Of a DNA stretch of 64,000 nt, positions 1-18,032 are shown piece after piece. Position 1 is the stretch's first letter; every line of letters starts with the position of its first letter. The stretch lies in NCBI GenBank assembly GCA_009914755.4, contig CP086569.2, positions 4,000,001 through 4,064,000 of the forward strand, read 5' to 3'. Below the pieces are notes generated by a model. The model did no database searches and had not been told where the DNA came from. It saw only the letters and a list, made by a program, of their open reading frames with translations. Source of the DNA: the human T2T-CHM13v2.0 reference genome, Homo sapiens. A program made the translations under genes and the position numbers.

Positions 1-3000
1 CAAATGACCTGATAAAGCTGAAAAACACAACACAAGAACTTCACAATGCAACTACAAGTATCAATAACCAGATAGAACCAGCAGACGAAAGAATTTCAGA
101 GTTTGAAGACTATCTTGCTGAAATAAGACAGGCAGACAGATTAGAGAAGAATGAAAAGGGGTGAACAAAACCTTCAAGAACTATGAGATTATGTAAAAAG
201 ACTGAACCTATAAATGATTGGGGTACCTGAAAAAGATGTGAAGAACAGAACTAAGTTGAAAAACATAATTTAGGATATCATACAGTAGAACTTCCTCAAC
301 CTAATAAGACAGGCCAACATTCAAATTCAGGAAATCCAGAGAACCCCAATAAGATATTCCATGAGAAGATCAACCCCAAGACACATAATCATCAGATTCT
401 CCAAGGTCAAAATTAATAAAAAAATGTTAAGGGCAGCCAGAGAGAAAGGCCAGATCACCTACGAAGGAAAACCCATAAGACCAACACCAGAACTCTCAGC
501 AGAAACCCTACAACCAGAAGAGATTGGAGGCCAGTAATCCACGTTCTTAAAAGAATTTCCAATTCAGAATTTCATATCCTGCCAAACTAAGATTCATACG
601 TGAAAAAGAAATAAAATTCTTTTTGGAAAAGCAAATGTTGAGGGAATTTGTCACCACCAGGCCTGCCTTGCAAGAGCTCCTGAAGAAAGCACTAAATATT
701 GAAAGGAAAATCCATTACCAGCCAATGCAAAAACACACTGAACTAAAAAGACCAATGGCACTATGAAGCAACTATATTAAAAAGTGCAAAATAACCAACT
801 AGCATCATGATGACAGGATCAAATTCACATATGACTATCTTAACCTTAAATGTAAATGGGCTAAATGACCCAATTAAAAACACAGAATGGCAAGATGGCA
901 AGATGTATGGAGTCAAAACCCATTAGTGTGCTGTATTCAACAGACATATCTCATGTACAAAGACACATATAAGCTCAAAATATAGGGATGGGTGAAATTT
1001 ACCAAGCAAATGGAAAGCAGAAAGAGCAGTGGTTGCAATCCTAGCTTCTGAAAAAACAGACTTTAAACTAACAAAGATCAGAAAAGACAAGGGCATTACA
1101 TAATGGTAAAGGGAACCATACAACAAGAAGAGCTAACTATCCTAAATATATATGCACCCAGTATAAGAGCACCCAGATTCTCAAAACAAGTTCTTAGAGA
1201 CCTACAAAAAGACTTAGATTCCCACACAATAATATTAGGAGACTTTAACACCCCACTGTCAATAGCAGATAATTGAGATAAAAAATATACAAGAATATTC
1301 AGGTCTTGACTTCAAGTGGACCTGACAGATATCCACAGAACTCTCCACACAAAAACAACAGAATATACATTATTCTCCATGCCACATGGTACTTACACTA
1401 AAATCACATAATGGGAAGTAAAACACTCCTGAGCAAAAGAAAAAGATCTGAAATCATAACCAACAGTCTCTCAGAAAATAGTGCAATCAAATTAGAACTC
1501 CAGATTAAGAAACTCACTCAAAACCATACAACTACGTGGAAATTGAACAACCTGCTCCTAAGTGAGTCCTGGGTAAATAATGAAATTAAGGCAGAAATCA
1601 AGAAGCTATTTGAAACCAATAAGAACAAAAAGTCAACACACCAGAATCTCTAGGACACAGCTAAAGCAGCGTTAAGAGGAAATTTATAGCACTAAATGCC
1701 CAATCAAAAAGCTAGAAAGACCTCACTCAAATCTACCCCCTACATCACAATTAATAGAACTAGAGAACTAAGAGAGAGAAAAAAAAACAACACTAGCAGA
1801 AGATAAAAAATAATCAAGATCAAAGCAGAACTGAAGGAAATAGAGACAAGAAAAAAATCTTAAAAAAAAAATCAATGAATGCAGGAGCTGGTTTTTGAAA
1901 AAATTAATGAACTAGATAGACCACTAGCTAGACAAATAAAGAAGAAAAGAGAGAAGAATCAAACAGACAAAAAAATTATAAAGGGGATATCACCACTGCC
2001 CCACAGAAATACAAAGTGCAATTAGATAATATTATAAACATTTCCATGCAAACAAACTAGAAAATCCAGAAGTAAGTGGATAAATGCCTGGACACACACA
2101 ACCTCCCAAGACAGAACCAGGAAGAAATTGAATCTCTGAATAGACCAATAACAAGCTCTGAAATTGAAGCAATAATAAATAGCCTACCAACTAAAAAAAG
2201 CCCAGGAACAGAGAGATTTACAGCCGAATTTTACCAGAGATACAAAGAGAAATTGGTACAATTCTTTCTAAAACTATTCCAAACAATTGAAAAGGATAGA
2301 TTTCTCCCTAACTTATTTTATGAGGCCAGATTCATCCTGATACCAAAACCTGGCAGAGATACCATAAGAAAACAAAACTTCAGGCCAACAATCCTGATGA
2401 ACATCGATGCAAAAATTCTTAATAAAATACTCACAAACTGAATGCAGCAGCACATCAAAAAGTTTATCCACCGCAAGCAAGTTGGCTTCATTCTCATGAT
2501 GCAAGACTGGTACAACATACACAAATCAATAAATGTAATTCACCAAATAAACAGATCTAAAGACACAAACCATGTGATTATCTCAGTAGATTCAAAAAGG
2601 GCTTTTGACATAATTTAACATCCCTTCATGTTAAAAATTCTGTATAAACTAGATATTGATGGTACATGCCTCAAAATAACAAAAGCAATTTTTGGCAAAC
2701 CCACAACCAATATCATGCTGAATGGGCAAAAGCTGGAACCATTCCCTTTGAAAACCGGCACAAGACAAGGATGCCCTCTGTCACCACTCCTATTCAACAT
2801 AGTATTGAAAATTCTGGCCAGGGCAATCAGGCAAGAGAAAGAAATAAATGTTCAAATAGTAAGAAAGGAAGTCAAACTGTCTCTGTTTGCAGATGACATG
2901 ATCCTTTATTTAGAAAATCCTATAGTCTCAGCCCAAAAGCTTCTTAAGCTGCTAAGCAACTTCAGCAGTATCAGGATACAAAATCAATGTGCAAAAATCA

Positions 3001-4865
3001 CAAGCATTCCTATACTCCAATGATAGACAAGCAAAGAGTCAAATCATAAAGGAACTCCCAATTACTAAAAAGAGAATAAAAAATCTAGGAATACAGCTGA
3101 CAGGGAAAGTTAAAGACCTCTTAAAAGAGAACTAGAAACCACTTCTCGAGGAAATTAGAGAAGACACAAACAAATGGAAAAACAGTCCATGCTCATAGAT
3201 AGGAAGAATCAATATTGTGAAAATGGCTATACTGCCCAAGTAATTTATAGATTCAAAGCTATTCTCATTAAACTACCATTGACATTCTTCACAGAATTAG
3301 AAAAAAGTACTTTAAAGTTTATATTGAACCAAAAAGGAGTCCATGTAAGTGAAGACAATCCTAAGCAAAAAGAATCAACCTAGAGACACCACACTACTCA
3401 ACTTCAAACTATACTACAAGACCACAGTAACCAAAACAGCATGGTACTGTTGCACCATGTACAGGTACAAAAAAGACACATAGACCAATGAAACAGAATA
3501 CAGAACTCAGAAATAAGACCACACATCTACAACCTCTGATCTTCGAGAAACCTGACAAAAACAAGCAATGGGGAAAGGATTCCCTATTTAATAAATGGTG
3601 GTGGGAAAATTGGCTAGCCTTATGCAGAAAATAGAAACTGGACCCCTTCCTTATACCTTGTAAAAAATAAATCAAGGTGGATTAAAGACTTATATGTAAA
3701 ACCCAAAACTATAAAAACCCTAGACAAAAATGTAGGCAATAGCATTTAGGACATAAGTACAAGCAAACATTTCATGAAAAAAACGTCAAAAGCAATTGCA
3801 ACAAAAGCAAAAAATGGCAAATGGCATCTAATTAAACTAATGAGCTTCTACAGAGCAAAAGAAACTGCCATCAGAGTGAACAGACAACCTACAGAATGGG
3901 AGAAAGTTTTTGCAATGTATCCATCTGACAAAGGTCTAATATCCACAATCTGCAAAGACCTTAAACAAATTTACAAGAAGAAAACAAGCAACCCCATTAA
4001 AAAGTGGGCAAAGAACACGAACAAACACTTCTCAAAAGAAGACATTTATGTAGCCAACAAACGTATCAAAAAAGCTCAACATCTGTGATCATTAGAGAAA
4101 TGCACATCAAAACTACAATGTGATACCATCTCACACCAGTCAGAATGGCAATCACTAAAAAGTCAAGAAACAAACAGATGCTGGCGAGTCTATGGAGAAA
4201 TAGGAAGACTTTGACACTGTTGGTGGGAATGTAAATTATTTAAACCATTGTGGTAGACACCGTGGCAATTCCTCAAAGTCCTAGAACCAGAAATACCATT
4301 TGACCCAGCAACCCCATTACTGGGTATATTGTCAAAGGTATATGAATCATTCTGTTATAAAGATACATGCATGCATATCTTCATTGCAGCATTAATCCCA
4401 ATAGAAAAGACATGGAATCAACCCAAATGCCCATCAGTGATAGACTGGATAATGAAAATGTGGTACATATTCACAATGGAATATTATGCAGCCATAAAGA
4501 GAAACAACATCATACTTTTTGCAGGGACATAGATGGAGCTGGAAGCCATAATTGTCAGCAAACTAACACAGGAACACAAAACCAAACACCACATGTTCTC
4601 ACTTATAAGTGGAAGCTGAACAATGAGAACAGATGGACACAGTTAGGGGCATAACACACTCACACTGGGGCCTGTTGGAGGCGGAGGGAGGGAGAGCATC
4701 AGGATAAATAGCTAATGCATATGGAGCTTAATGCCTAGATGATGGGTCGATAGGTGCAGCAAACCACAATGGCACATGTTTCCCTATGTAAAAAACCTGC
4801 ACGTCCTGCATATGTATCCCAGAACTTACAATAAAATAAAATTAAGTAAAAAAATTAAAAAATTG
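1..4865 (+). mobile_element. LINE-1 (older L1PA/L1PB-type), 5-prime end lies outside the window. It runs from the ORF1 C-terminal remnant through ORF2 and the 3-prime UTR to an A-rich tail.
   Basis: Sense-strand match to L1 across the whole span. ORF1 remnant (LQEIWDYV-type region) at 1-750. ORF2 ATG near 810 (MTGSNSH...) with EN, RT (FADD motif at about 2880) and C-terminal remnants. ORF-track fragments 2076-2441, 2628-3023 and 3774-4088 are ORF2 pieces. The 3-prime UTR ends ...cccagaacttacaataaaataaaattaag, then an A-rich tail 4831-4865. Many stops and frameshifts indicate an old copy. Confidence 0.9.
810..4640 (+). pseudogene. Degenerate L1 ORF2 (endonuclease and reverse transcriptase), with multiple stops and frameshifts
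   Basis: Translations contain GDFNTPLS-like, [14 protein letters not shown] and FADDMILY motifs. The frame is repeatedly interrupted. Confidence 0.85.
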
Positions 4866-6687
4866 CAGGTGTTTTTATTCAATAATTGAGGAATGTTAAT
4901 TTGCTGAGTGGGGTGAAAATGTGTTCTGATAGAGCAGGCAGTAGAATGAAAATTCAGAATATGACAAAAACAATTTCTTAATATTCCAATTGGAATTCAA
5001 GTGTTATAATGAATTGTGAAAATGAACAATATAATCAGAATATCATGCCTCTGTGAGATAAAGCTGTTCATTTAATAGAAAACAAGAAGCTTCTAAGTAA
5101 CACATTCTAAGGCAACAACCATGTATAGGTCAAAAGTGCCAGAAGAAGACTAATATTTTATTGTTATTTAGAAATGCTTTAAAAAGGTTAGGTTGCATTT
5201 AAATATTTCATTTTAATTGGCTCTGAAAATATACATATTATATTATATAATAACGTAACAATTTATTTGGGGGTTGAAGTTTTATAGAAGAGATAAATAA
5301 GACAAAATACAAATATTTAAAATAAATGGTTAGTTTTTAAAGGTCTGAGATGTGGCAGAGCAAGTAAACTGCTGCACTAGGAAAATTCATAATGCTCTCG
5401 ATGCCGCTTAAACTTTGTATCTCTTAAATCACAAACTTTCGGTTTCATAGATACATATAACTCATGGTTCATGTAGTGTAAATTACTATATTTAATTATC
5501 TCTAAAACACTATTGACTATAATATGCACCACTATTTTATGTACTGCTAAGAATAAGAAAGCATTGCCAATTATAATTGGAATCTCATTGACTGTAAATA
5601 TATTCCTATTTCGGAGATAATAAAAGTATGAAAAACGTGTCTTGGAATCAATAAAATAAGGTATGTTTCAACTTCTTACTTTAATTTAAAGGAAATCAAA
5701 ATTTCTGTTACTTAGCACTCTCAATTATTCACATTACTCTTTAAACTCTTCCAGCAATAGAAGAATCTTATGACTTCCACAGACTTACAGTAAAATATAC
5801 AGTGATTAATATTTTACTTTAAATTCCTTTCTTTTTCTGACTATAAACTCAAATATCTCTATTTTTTCATTTCTATTCAGAAGACACTTTTGAAGTGTGG
5901 TCTAAGAAGAAGGAGAATAATTGTTCAATCTCACTCCTGACAGTGACTTCCTCTAAGGGCAAGTATGCTATGGCTCATCACTTAATCTTCATGTTGCAGA
6001 TTCTCTCTGTAAGAATAAAACAATACATGTCATTATAGTCTATCCATTACTTTGAGAAGGAATAAACAATCTCTACTTATTTTTCTAATTATGATATTTA
6101 TAATTCCAAAAATATGGCATTTAAGCAGGGTGAAATCCGTTTTAATGGTGAATTGTATCAGACCCTGAAGGTATCACAAAACAGAGGTTGAAAGTGTACA
6201 GCAACTGATTCCAGCATAAACATGTATTTGGCTATGTTTGAGCATACTCACCTTCCATCAAATTTCAATGTACCTCCATCTATGCAATACTTTTAAAGCT
6301 GAAAAATTATGCACCTATAAATGAAGCTGTCATTTTAAAAATTTAAGCACATAATGGCTATAAAACACTTTCTTTGGGAGGATTAAAAACTTCATCAATT
6401 TTCTCAGCTCTTTATTAATCAAATGTTTCTTATTTTTTGAAAAAATATTTCTGTGACCATGGCTCATATTGAGCAGAAGTAAGATTTCAAGATACCCAAC
6501 AAATCAGTTCCCATTCTCCTTCTTGCTAAAAATAAAATTTTGAAAACATTATTTTTTCTAGACATTCCCTCACTACCTTCCATAATTTATCTAACTGTAT
6601 CATTACCAGAAATCAATGATTCATTCTTTTGACAAGCCCATTTCATTTTTTACATAATTACTTTACCATATCATTATAAAAACTTAC

Positions 6688-6977
6688 TTTTTATTTTTGA
6701 GACCGAGTCTCGCTCTGTCGCCCAGGCTGGAGTGCAGTGGTGCGATCTCACTGCAATCTCCACCTCCCTGGTTCCAAGAGATTCTCCTGCCTCAGCCTCC
6801 TGAGTAGCTGGGATCACAGGCTCCCACCACCACACCCGGCTAATTTTTTGTATTTTTAGTAGAGACAGGGTTTTACCTTGTTGGCTAGCCTGGTCTCGAA
6901 CTCCTGACCTCAGGTGATCCGCCCTCTTCACCCTCCCAAAGTGCTGGGATTACAGGCGTGAGCCCCCATGCCCGGCC
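6688..6977 (-). mobile_element. Alu (AluS-like), full length in antisense orientation, with a putative target-site duplication ACTTTTT
   Basis: The plus strand reads as the reverse complement of an Alu: a poly-T head 6688-6700, then gagaccgagtctcgctctgtcgcccaggctggagtgcagtgg ... cccggcc. The motif acttttt occurs at 6681-6689 and again just after 6977. Confidence 0.9.
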
Positions 6978-7676
6978 ACTTTTTTTTTTCTTAATAGGTT
7001 GGCAACTTTATTTGAATAAAAGGCTTTCACATTTAAATCACATAGTCTTTTCCAGATTCAAAAATGTGTGAAATGCCCTGTGCAACTTCTGTCTTTTGGA
7101 GCACGAAAGCTTAAGATGGTTATAAAATATAAATATGTGTTTTATATATATAAGCAAAAGCATAAAACTGTATTCAAGGATAGTGTAAAAAGTTGATAGA
7201 TACTAAAGAAAACATACAAAAATGAACCCTAGGTAGTAAAAACTTTGAAGAAGAAAAAAATTGCAGCATTTCCATCCATAAATTGTTCATTCACCAAAAT
7301 TTTTTAGAGACTATTAAAGGGCTTCTGGTTCAATAAGCAGACTTGTGTTTAAGTCTTTTTATCCTAAATTAGAAATACAATAAAGAATAGAGTTTCTTCT
7401 GTACAAAAAAGGGAAGACAGTTTTACTAACAGATCAGATACATAAAAAAAAAAAAAAATTGAAAGAATTCCAGAGCGCCTTCATGATCAGTGGCAGATAT
7501 GACAGAGATCAATAATAAAAAGTGGTGTTGAAATCTGGTGAATTGATTGAAACTGCATATGGAACAGCTGAGGCAGCCTATGACTCCATAGTTTTCTCTA
7601 AATGTGCAGAGAACTGTTAGCCTAGTTATCCCCAGGTAAAAAAGCATAGCATTTCTTTCTAAAAAAAATTGAACTA

Positions 7677-8399
7677 TCTGGGGAAAACAAAAGCTTCATT
7701 TATGGGTGCTGAAAATTCAGAATAAAATTCTTCTCATTCTGGCTGGCATGCAAGTTTTGAGGGGAGAGGGAGTGTTGGTGAGGCCACAGCCTGACATCCA
7801 GCTTCCCACTTTCTTCTAGTTAATTAAAATATAATACCTTATATACTATACTCATTAAATAAGCTACCAGTTTGATGTCATGCTCATATGAAAAATCAGA
7901 CTTAAAAAAGAATAGAGGGAAACCATACCAGCTACCTAGAATTTTCTTCTAAATATAAACAGACAATCACAGATCACTAGGAATAAAAAACAAACCTTCT
8001 GCATGAAAATAAAAGTTGAAATAATTAAAAAGTATACTCAGGTGAAACAGAAAATGTAAGAAAACTTTAAGAAAAAAGTCCATATGGAGAGCATTTTGAT
8101 AAGAATTTTAAATGTTGTTTAAAAATGTCAGAAATTAGAAAAATATTTTACCTCTTACAAATAGAATTTCCAGAATAAAACTTTAATAGAAAAGATTAAA
8201 AATAAGGTGGGAATCCCTTAAAATGTTAAGCATAAGGGCAAAGAGACAGAAAATATGAGAGAAAAGACTCATATATGATCACTGCATGAAGTCCAACATT
8301 TGATCAGTAAGAGTCATAGGACAGAGAAAAGGGAATACGTTCAAATAAAACAACATAAGATAATAAACCATATACCAAAAAAAAAAAAAAAACCTACTG
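7677..8399 (+). mobile_element. Isolated L1 3-prime-end fragment ending in a poly-A tract (8384-8399). It carries the same roughly 175-bp non-canonical segment seen in the L1 at 13991-14165.
   Basis: About 92 percent identical to 13991-14165 over 175 bp. Downstream shared motifs (aaaataaaagttgaaa, cagagaaaagggaatac) match L1 3-prime UTR ends. Terminal A16. The 5-prime boundary is uncertain. Confidence 0.5.
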
Positions 8400-8444
8400 C
8401 AGAGATGGAAAAATCTGAGCACAGAGCATATCAATTTTTTTATT

Positions 8445-10498
8445 AGTTTTTAAATTTTAAAAAAATTAATAATTTTTATTTTAAAATTTTACATTCAGGG
8501 AGTACATTTGCATGTTCCTTACATGGATATATTGCATAATGGTGGATATTGGGTTTCTAGCATACCAGTCACCAAAATAATGAACATTGTATTCAGTAGG
8601 TATGCTTTTAACACTCACCCCTCTCCTCCCCCATTTTGTAGTCCCCAGTATCTATCCCATTTTGTTTTAAATTGAGCTTATTTTGATCTTCCCTCTTCTT
8701 TTCTTGGTTAATCTTGCTAATGGTATAACAATTTTATTTATTTTTTCCAAGAACCATCTTTTTCTTTCATCTATCTTTTGTATTTGTTTGTTTGTTTCAA
8801 TTTCATTTAGTTCTTCTCTGATCTTGGTGATTTCTTTTCTTCTGCTGGGTCTGGGTTTGGTTTGTTCTTGTTTCTCTATTCCTTGAGGTATGACCTTAGA
8901 TTGTCTATTTGTGCTCTTTCAGCTTTTTTGATGTAGGCATTTAATGCTGTAAACTGCCCTTTTAGCACTGACTTCTATATCTCAGAGGTTTTTATAGGTT
9001 TTGTCACTATTATAATTCAGTTCAAATAATTTTTTAATTTCCCTCTTGATTCTATAGTTAACCCAAAGATCATTCAGGAACAGGTTATTTAATTTCCATG
9101 TATTTATGTTGTTTTGAAGATTCCTTTTGAAATTGATCTCCAATTTCATTCCACTGTGGTCTGAGAGAGTACTTAATATAATTTCATTTTTTAAAATTTA
9201 TTGTGACTTGTTTTGTGGCCTACCACATGGTCTGTCTTGGAGAAAGTTCCATACACTTACTTGTAGAATGTGTATTCTTCGGTTGGTGGGTGAAATGTTC
9301 TGTACATATTTGTTAAGTCTATTTGTTCTAGAGAATAGTTTAAATCCATTGTTTTTTGTTAACTTTCTACCTTGATGACCTGTCTAATGCTGTTAGTGGG
9401 GTATTGAAGTCCTTCACTATTATTTTGTTGCTATCTAACTCATTTCTTATGTCTGGTAGTAATTGTTTATAAATTTGGGATCTCCAGTGTTAGGTGCATA
9501 TACATTTAGGATTGTAATATTTTCCTGTTGGACAAGGCCTTTTATCATTAAACAATGTCCCTCTTTTTTTTGTAAATGTGGTTTCTTTAAAGTTTTTCTG
9601 TCTGATATAAGAATAGCTACTCTTGCTCACTTTTCGTGTCCATTTGCATGGAATGTCTTTTTCCACCCCTTTATGTTAAATTTATTTGTGTCCTTATGTG
9701 TTAGTGAATCTCTTGAAAGCAGAAGATACTTTGTTGGTGAATTCTTATCTATTCTGCCATTCTGTATCTTTTAAGTGGAGCATTTAGGCCATTTACATTC
9801 AAAGGCAGTATTGAGATGTTAGGTACTATTCCATTCATCATGCTATTTGTTGCCCGAATACCTTGGGTTTTTAAAAATTTATTTATTGTATTTTTATTTT
9901 ATAGATATTGTGAGATTAATGCCTTAAGGAGGTTCTGTTTTAATGTGTTTTTAGAATTTGTTTCAAGATTTAGATCTCCTCTTAGCAGTTCTTGCAGTGC
10001 TGGCTTGTTAGGGGCGAATTCTTTCAGCATTTGTTTGTCTAAAACAAACTGTGTCTTTCCTTCATTTATCAAGTTAGTTTCACTGGATACAAAATTCTTG
10101 GCTGATAATTGTTTTGTTTAAGGAGGTTGAAGATAGGACCCCAATCCCTTCTAGCTTGTAGGGTTTCTGCTGAGGAATCTGCTGTTAATCTGATAGGTTT
10201 TTCTTCATAGGTTACCTGGTGCTTTTGTTTTACACTCTTAAGATTCTTTCCTTCATCCTGACTTTAGATAACCTGATGATGTACCTAGATGATAACCTTT
10301 TTGCAATAAATTTTTCAGGTGTTCTTTGAGCTTCTTGTATTTGGATGTCTAGATCTCTAGCAAGGCCAGGGAAGATTTCCTCAATAATTCCCCCAAATAC
10401 ATTTTCCAAACTTCTATATTTCTCTTCTTCTTCAGGAACACCAATTATTCTTATGTTTGGCCATTTAACATAATCCCAAATTTCTTGGAGCCTTTGGC
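8445..10498 (-). mobile_element. LINE-1 fragment in antisense orientation. A 3-prime-end piece (8445-8660) is joined to an ORF2 N-terminal/EN region and the ORF1 C-terminal part (8660-10498).
   Basis: 8500-8650 matches the antisense of an old-L1 3-prime end (gggagtacatttgcatgttccttacatggatatattgcataatggtg...). 8690-8890 matches the antisense of the ORF2 [15 protein letters not shown] region. 9380-9560 matches the antisense EN region. 10230-10490 encodes the ORF1 LQEIWDYVKWPNIRIIGVPE segment on the minus strand. An A/T-rich antisense tail lies at 8445-8500. Confidence 0.75.
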
Positions 10499-14726
<4,228 letters not shown>

Positions 14727-14747
14727 CTATAGCAATGACCACTATGA

Positions 14748-17700
14748 ATTTCAGTGGTCAAAAGGCACCAATTAAAAGATAGAGATTTTTAGAGTGGATC
14801 AAAAATAAGTCCAGACTATATGTTTTCTATGAGAAGCCCACATTAAATATAAAGACCCATAGAGAAAATGAATGGATGGAGAAAAATGTGCTATGCTAAC
14901 ACTAATCAAAGAATGGAGAAAAATACACTATGCTAACACTAATCAAAGGAAAGTAGGAGTAGCTACATTAATTTCCAACAGAGTATTTCCTTCAAATGAA
15001 GGAAAATTATTAGGGATAAAGAAGGGCACTGTATAATAAAGGTGTCAACTTTCCAAGGAGAAATAACAATTGTTAACATATATACACCTCACAACAGAAT
15101 GTCAAGTTAAGTGAGGCAAAAACTATTAGAACTGCAAGGAGAAATGGATAAATTCACTAAGATAGTTGGAGATTTCAACAAATCTCTATCAGAAATGAAC
15201 AGATCCAGCAGGCACAAAATGATTAGAAACATAGTTGAACTCACAATACCATCATTCAACTGGAAATAATAGACATCTATAAACTACTTTATTTTAAAAC
15301 AGAACACAATATTCTCAAGCTCACATGGAACATTCATCAAGATAGGGTACATTCTGGCCATAAAAGATATCTTAATACATTTAAAATATTATTTAAAATA
15401 ATAGAAACCATACAATGGTTACTACAATAATAGTAAGAGCAGACAGAGATGTAATTGAAAAGAAGTCAATAAAACGACAGACCAATGCCTCTCATAAACA
15501 CACGTGCAAAAATTCTCTACAAAATACTAGCAAATTGAATCTAACTATATATAAAAATAGAAGTATGTACCACAATCAAGTGGGATTTATTTTCAGTTTA
15601 GCAAGGCTGGTTCAACACCTGAAAATCAATTAATGTAATCTATCATATCAACAGGCTAAAAAATAAAATCACATGGAAATACATATAGATTCAGAAAATG
15701 CATTTGACAAAATCCAACAACCATTCATGATAAAAAAAAATTTGGTAAACTCAGAATAGAGGATAATTTTATCAATTTGATAAAGAATGTCTCAAAAATT
15801 TCCACAGATAACATCATATTAATGATGATAAACTGGAAGCTTTCCCACTAATATCAAGAACAAGGCAAGATGTCTCATCTTACCACCCCTTTTCATTGTT
15901 TTTCTGAAAGTTCTTGATAATGCAATAAAACAAGTAAAGGAAATAAAATGTATATGGATTGAGAAGAAAGAAATAAAACTGTCTTTGTTAACAGATAATA
16001 TAATCATCTATGTAGAAAATCTGAAACAATTGACCAAAAAAAATTAGGACTAATAATCAATTATAGCAAGGTTTCACAATAAAGGGTTAATGTACAAAAG
16101 TCAGTCGCTTTCTTATATGCTAGTAATGAACAAGTAGAATCTGAAAGTAAAATCATAGTGTCATTTATATTCACAGCCAAAATAACAAACTCTTAGGTGT
16201 ACATTTAAAACTATATGGAAGATCTATATGAGAAAAATCTTTAAAAACTCATTTGAATGAAATCAAAGAACTCAATAAATGGAGAGATACTTCATGTTTT
16301 TGGATAGAAAGGCTCAATGTTGTCAAAATGTCACTTATTCCCAACTTGAATTGGGATTCAATGCAATCCTAATCAAAATCTTAGCAAGTTATTTCGTGGG
16401 TATCAACAAACTTATTTTAAAGTGTATACGATGAGGCAAAGGACTCAGTAATAGTTGACAAAATATTGAAGGAAAATAACAAATTTGTAAGACTGACACT
16501 ACCTCATTTCAAGACTCATTGTAAAGATACAATAATCAAGACAATATGGTATTGGGCAAAGAACAGAGAAATAGATCAATGGCAAAGAAGATAAAGCCCA
16601 TAAATATAGTCAACTGAACTATGGCAAAGGAGCCAATGCAATACAGTAGAGCAAGGGCTGTCTTTCAACAAATGAGTCTGGAACAACTAGATAGCCACAT
16701 GAAAAATTGAACTCAAAATGAATCATAGACTCAAAAGTAAAATGCAAAACTATGAAACTCCTAGAAGATAACATAGAAGAAACCTATTTGACCTTGGGTA
16801 TGGTGATGACTTTTCATATACAACACTAAAGGCACAATCCAAAAAAGAAAGAATTAGTAAACTCTTGGAATCATTACAATTTAAAACTTCTGCTCTATGA
16901 TAGACAATGTCAAGAGAATGAGAAGTCAAACTACATACTGAGAGAAGATATTTGCAAATGACATATCTGATTAAGGACTGTTTTCCAAACTATGCAAAGA
17001 ACTCTTAGAACTCAAAAATAAGAAAAACAAACAACCTGACTGAAAAACAAGCTGGACTTTGACAGTTCACCAGATAACATATACAGATGGCAACAAGCAT
17101 ATGAAATCATGTTCCAAATCATATGACATTAAGGAAATAAAAATTATAAAAACAATGAGATACCATTACATACCTATCAATGTGACCAAAATCTGAAACA
17201 CTGACAATATAAAATACTAGTGAGGATGTGAAACAACAGGAACTGTCATTTGTTACTGTTCGGAATAAAAAATGTTACAGCCCTATTGGTGGACAATTTT
17301 TTATAAAACTAAACATATTCTTACCATACTATCCAGCAATTATGCTCATTGGTATTGATCTCAATGAGTTGCAAACGTATGTCCACAAAAAGTCTTGCAC
17401 AAGGATGTTTATAACAGCTTTATTCATGGCTGCCAAAAGATTGAAGAAATGAGGATGTCCTTCAGGAGGTGACCGAATAAAGTGTGGTACATCAAGACAC
17501 AGAATATTATTATTACTAAAAAGAAATGAGCTATCAAACCATAAAAATAAATAGAGTAATTCTTAAATGCACATTGCTAAGTGAAAGAAGCCAATATTAG
17601 AAGGCTACATACTATCTGATTCCAACTACATGACGTTTTAGAAGAGGCAAAACTATGAAGACAGTAAAAAAATTAGTGCTTTAGTGGTTTTGGATAAAGA

Positions 17701-18032
17701 AGAATGAATGAACAGAGCACAGAAGATTTTTAGGGGAGTGAAAATCTGTATGATCCTATAAAGAGGGATACATGTCATTATATAATTTTCCAAATCTGTA
17801 AAATGTATAATACCAAGAGTGAAGTCTAAGGTAAACTATGAACTTTGGGTATTTACAATGTGTCAATGTAGCTTCATCAGTTGTAACAAATGTACCACTC
17901 TGGCGGGGGATATTGATAATGGGGGAGGCTTTGCATGTTTGAAAGAAGGGGTACATGAGAAATATCTCTACCTTCTTCTCAGTTTTCCAGCAAACCTAAA
18001 ACTGCTTTAAAAACATCTTAAAAGATAAAAAA
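14748..18032 (+). mobile_element. Old mammalian-wide L1 (L1M-type), from ORF2 through the 3-prime end, heavily degenerate
   Basis: EN-domain remnant (KRHRLAEWIKKQDP...CCLQETH-like) at 14760-15250 and an RT remnant at 15415-16100. 17228-18030 matches the characteristic L1M 3-prime end (tgaggatgtg...ggtggacaatttt...gggggatattgataatgggggaggctttgcatg...aacctaaaactgctttaaaa). Confidence 0.75.
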
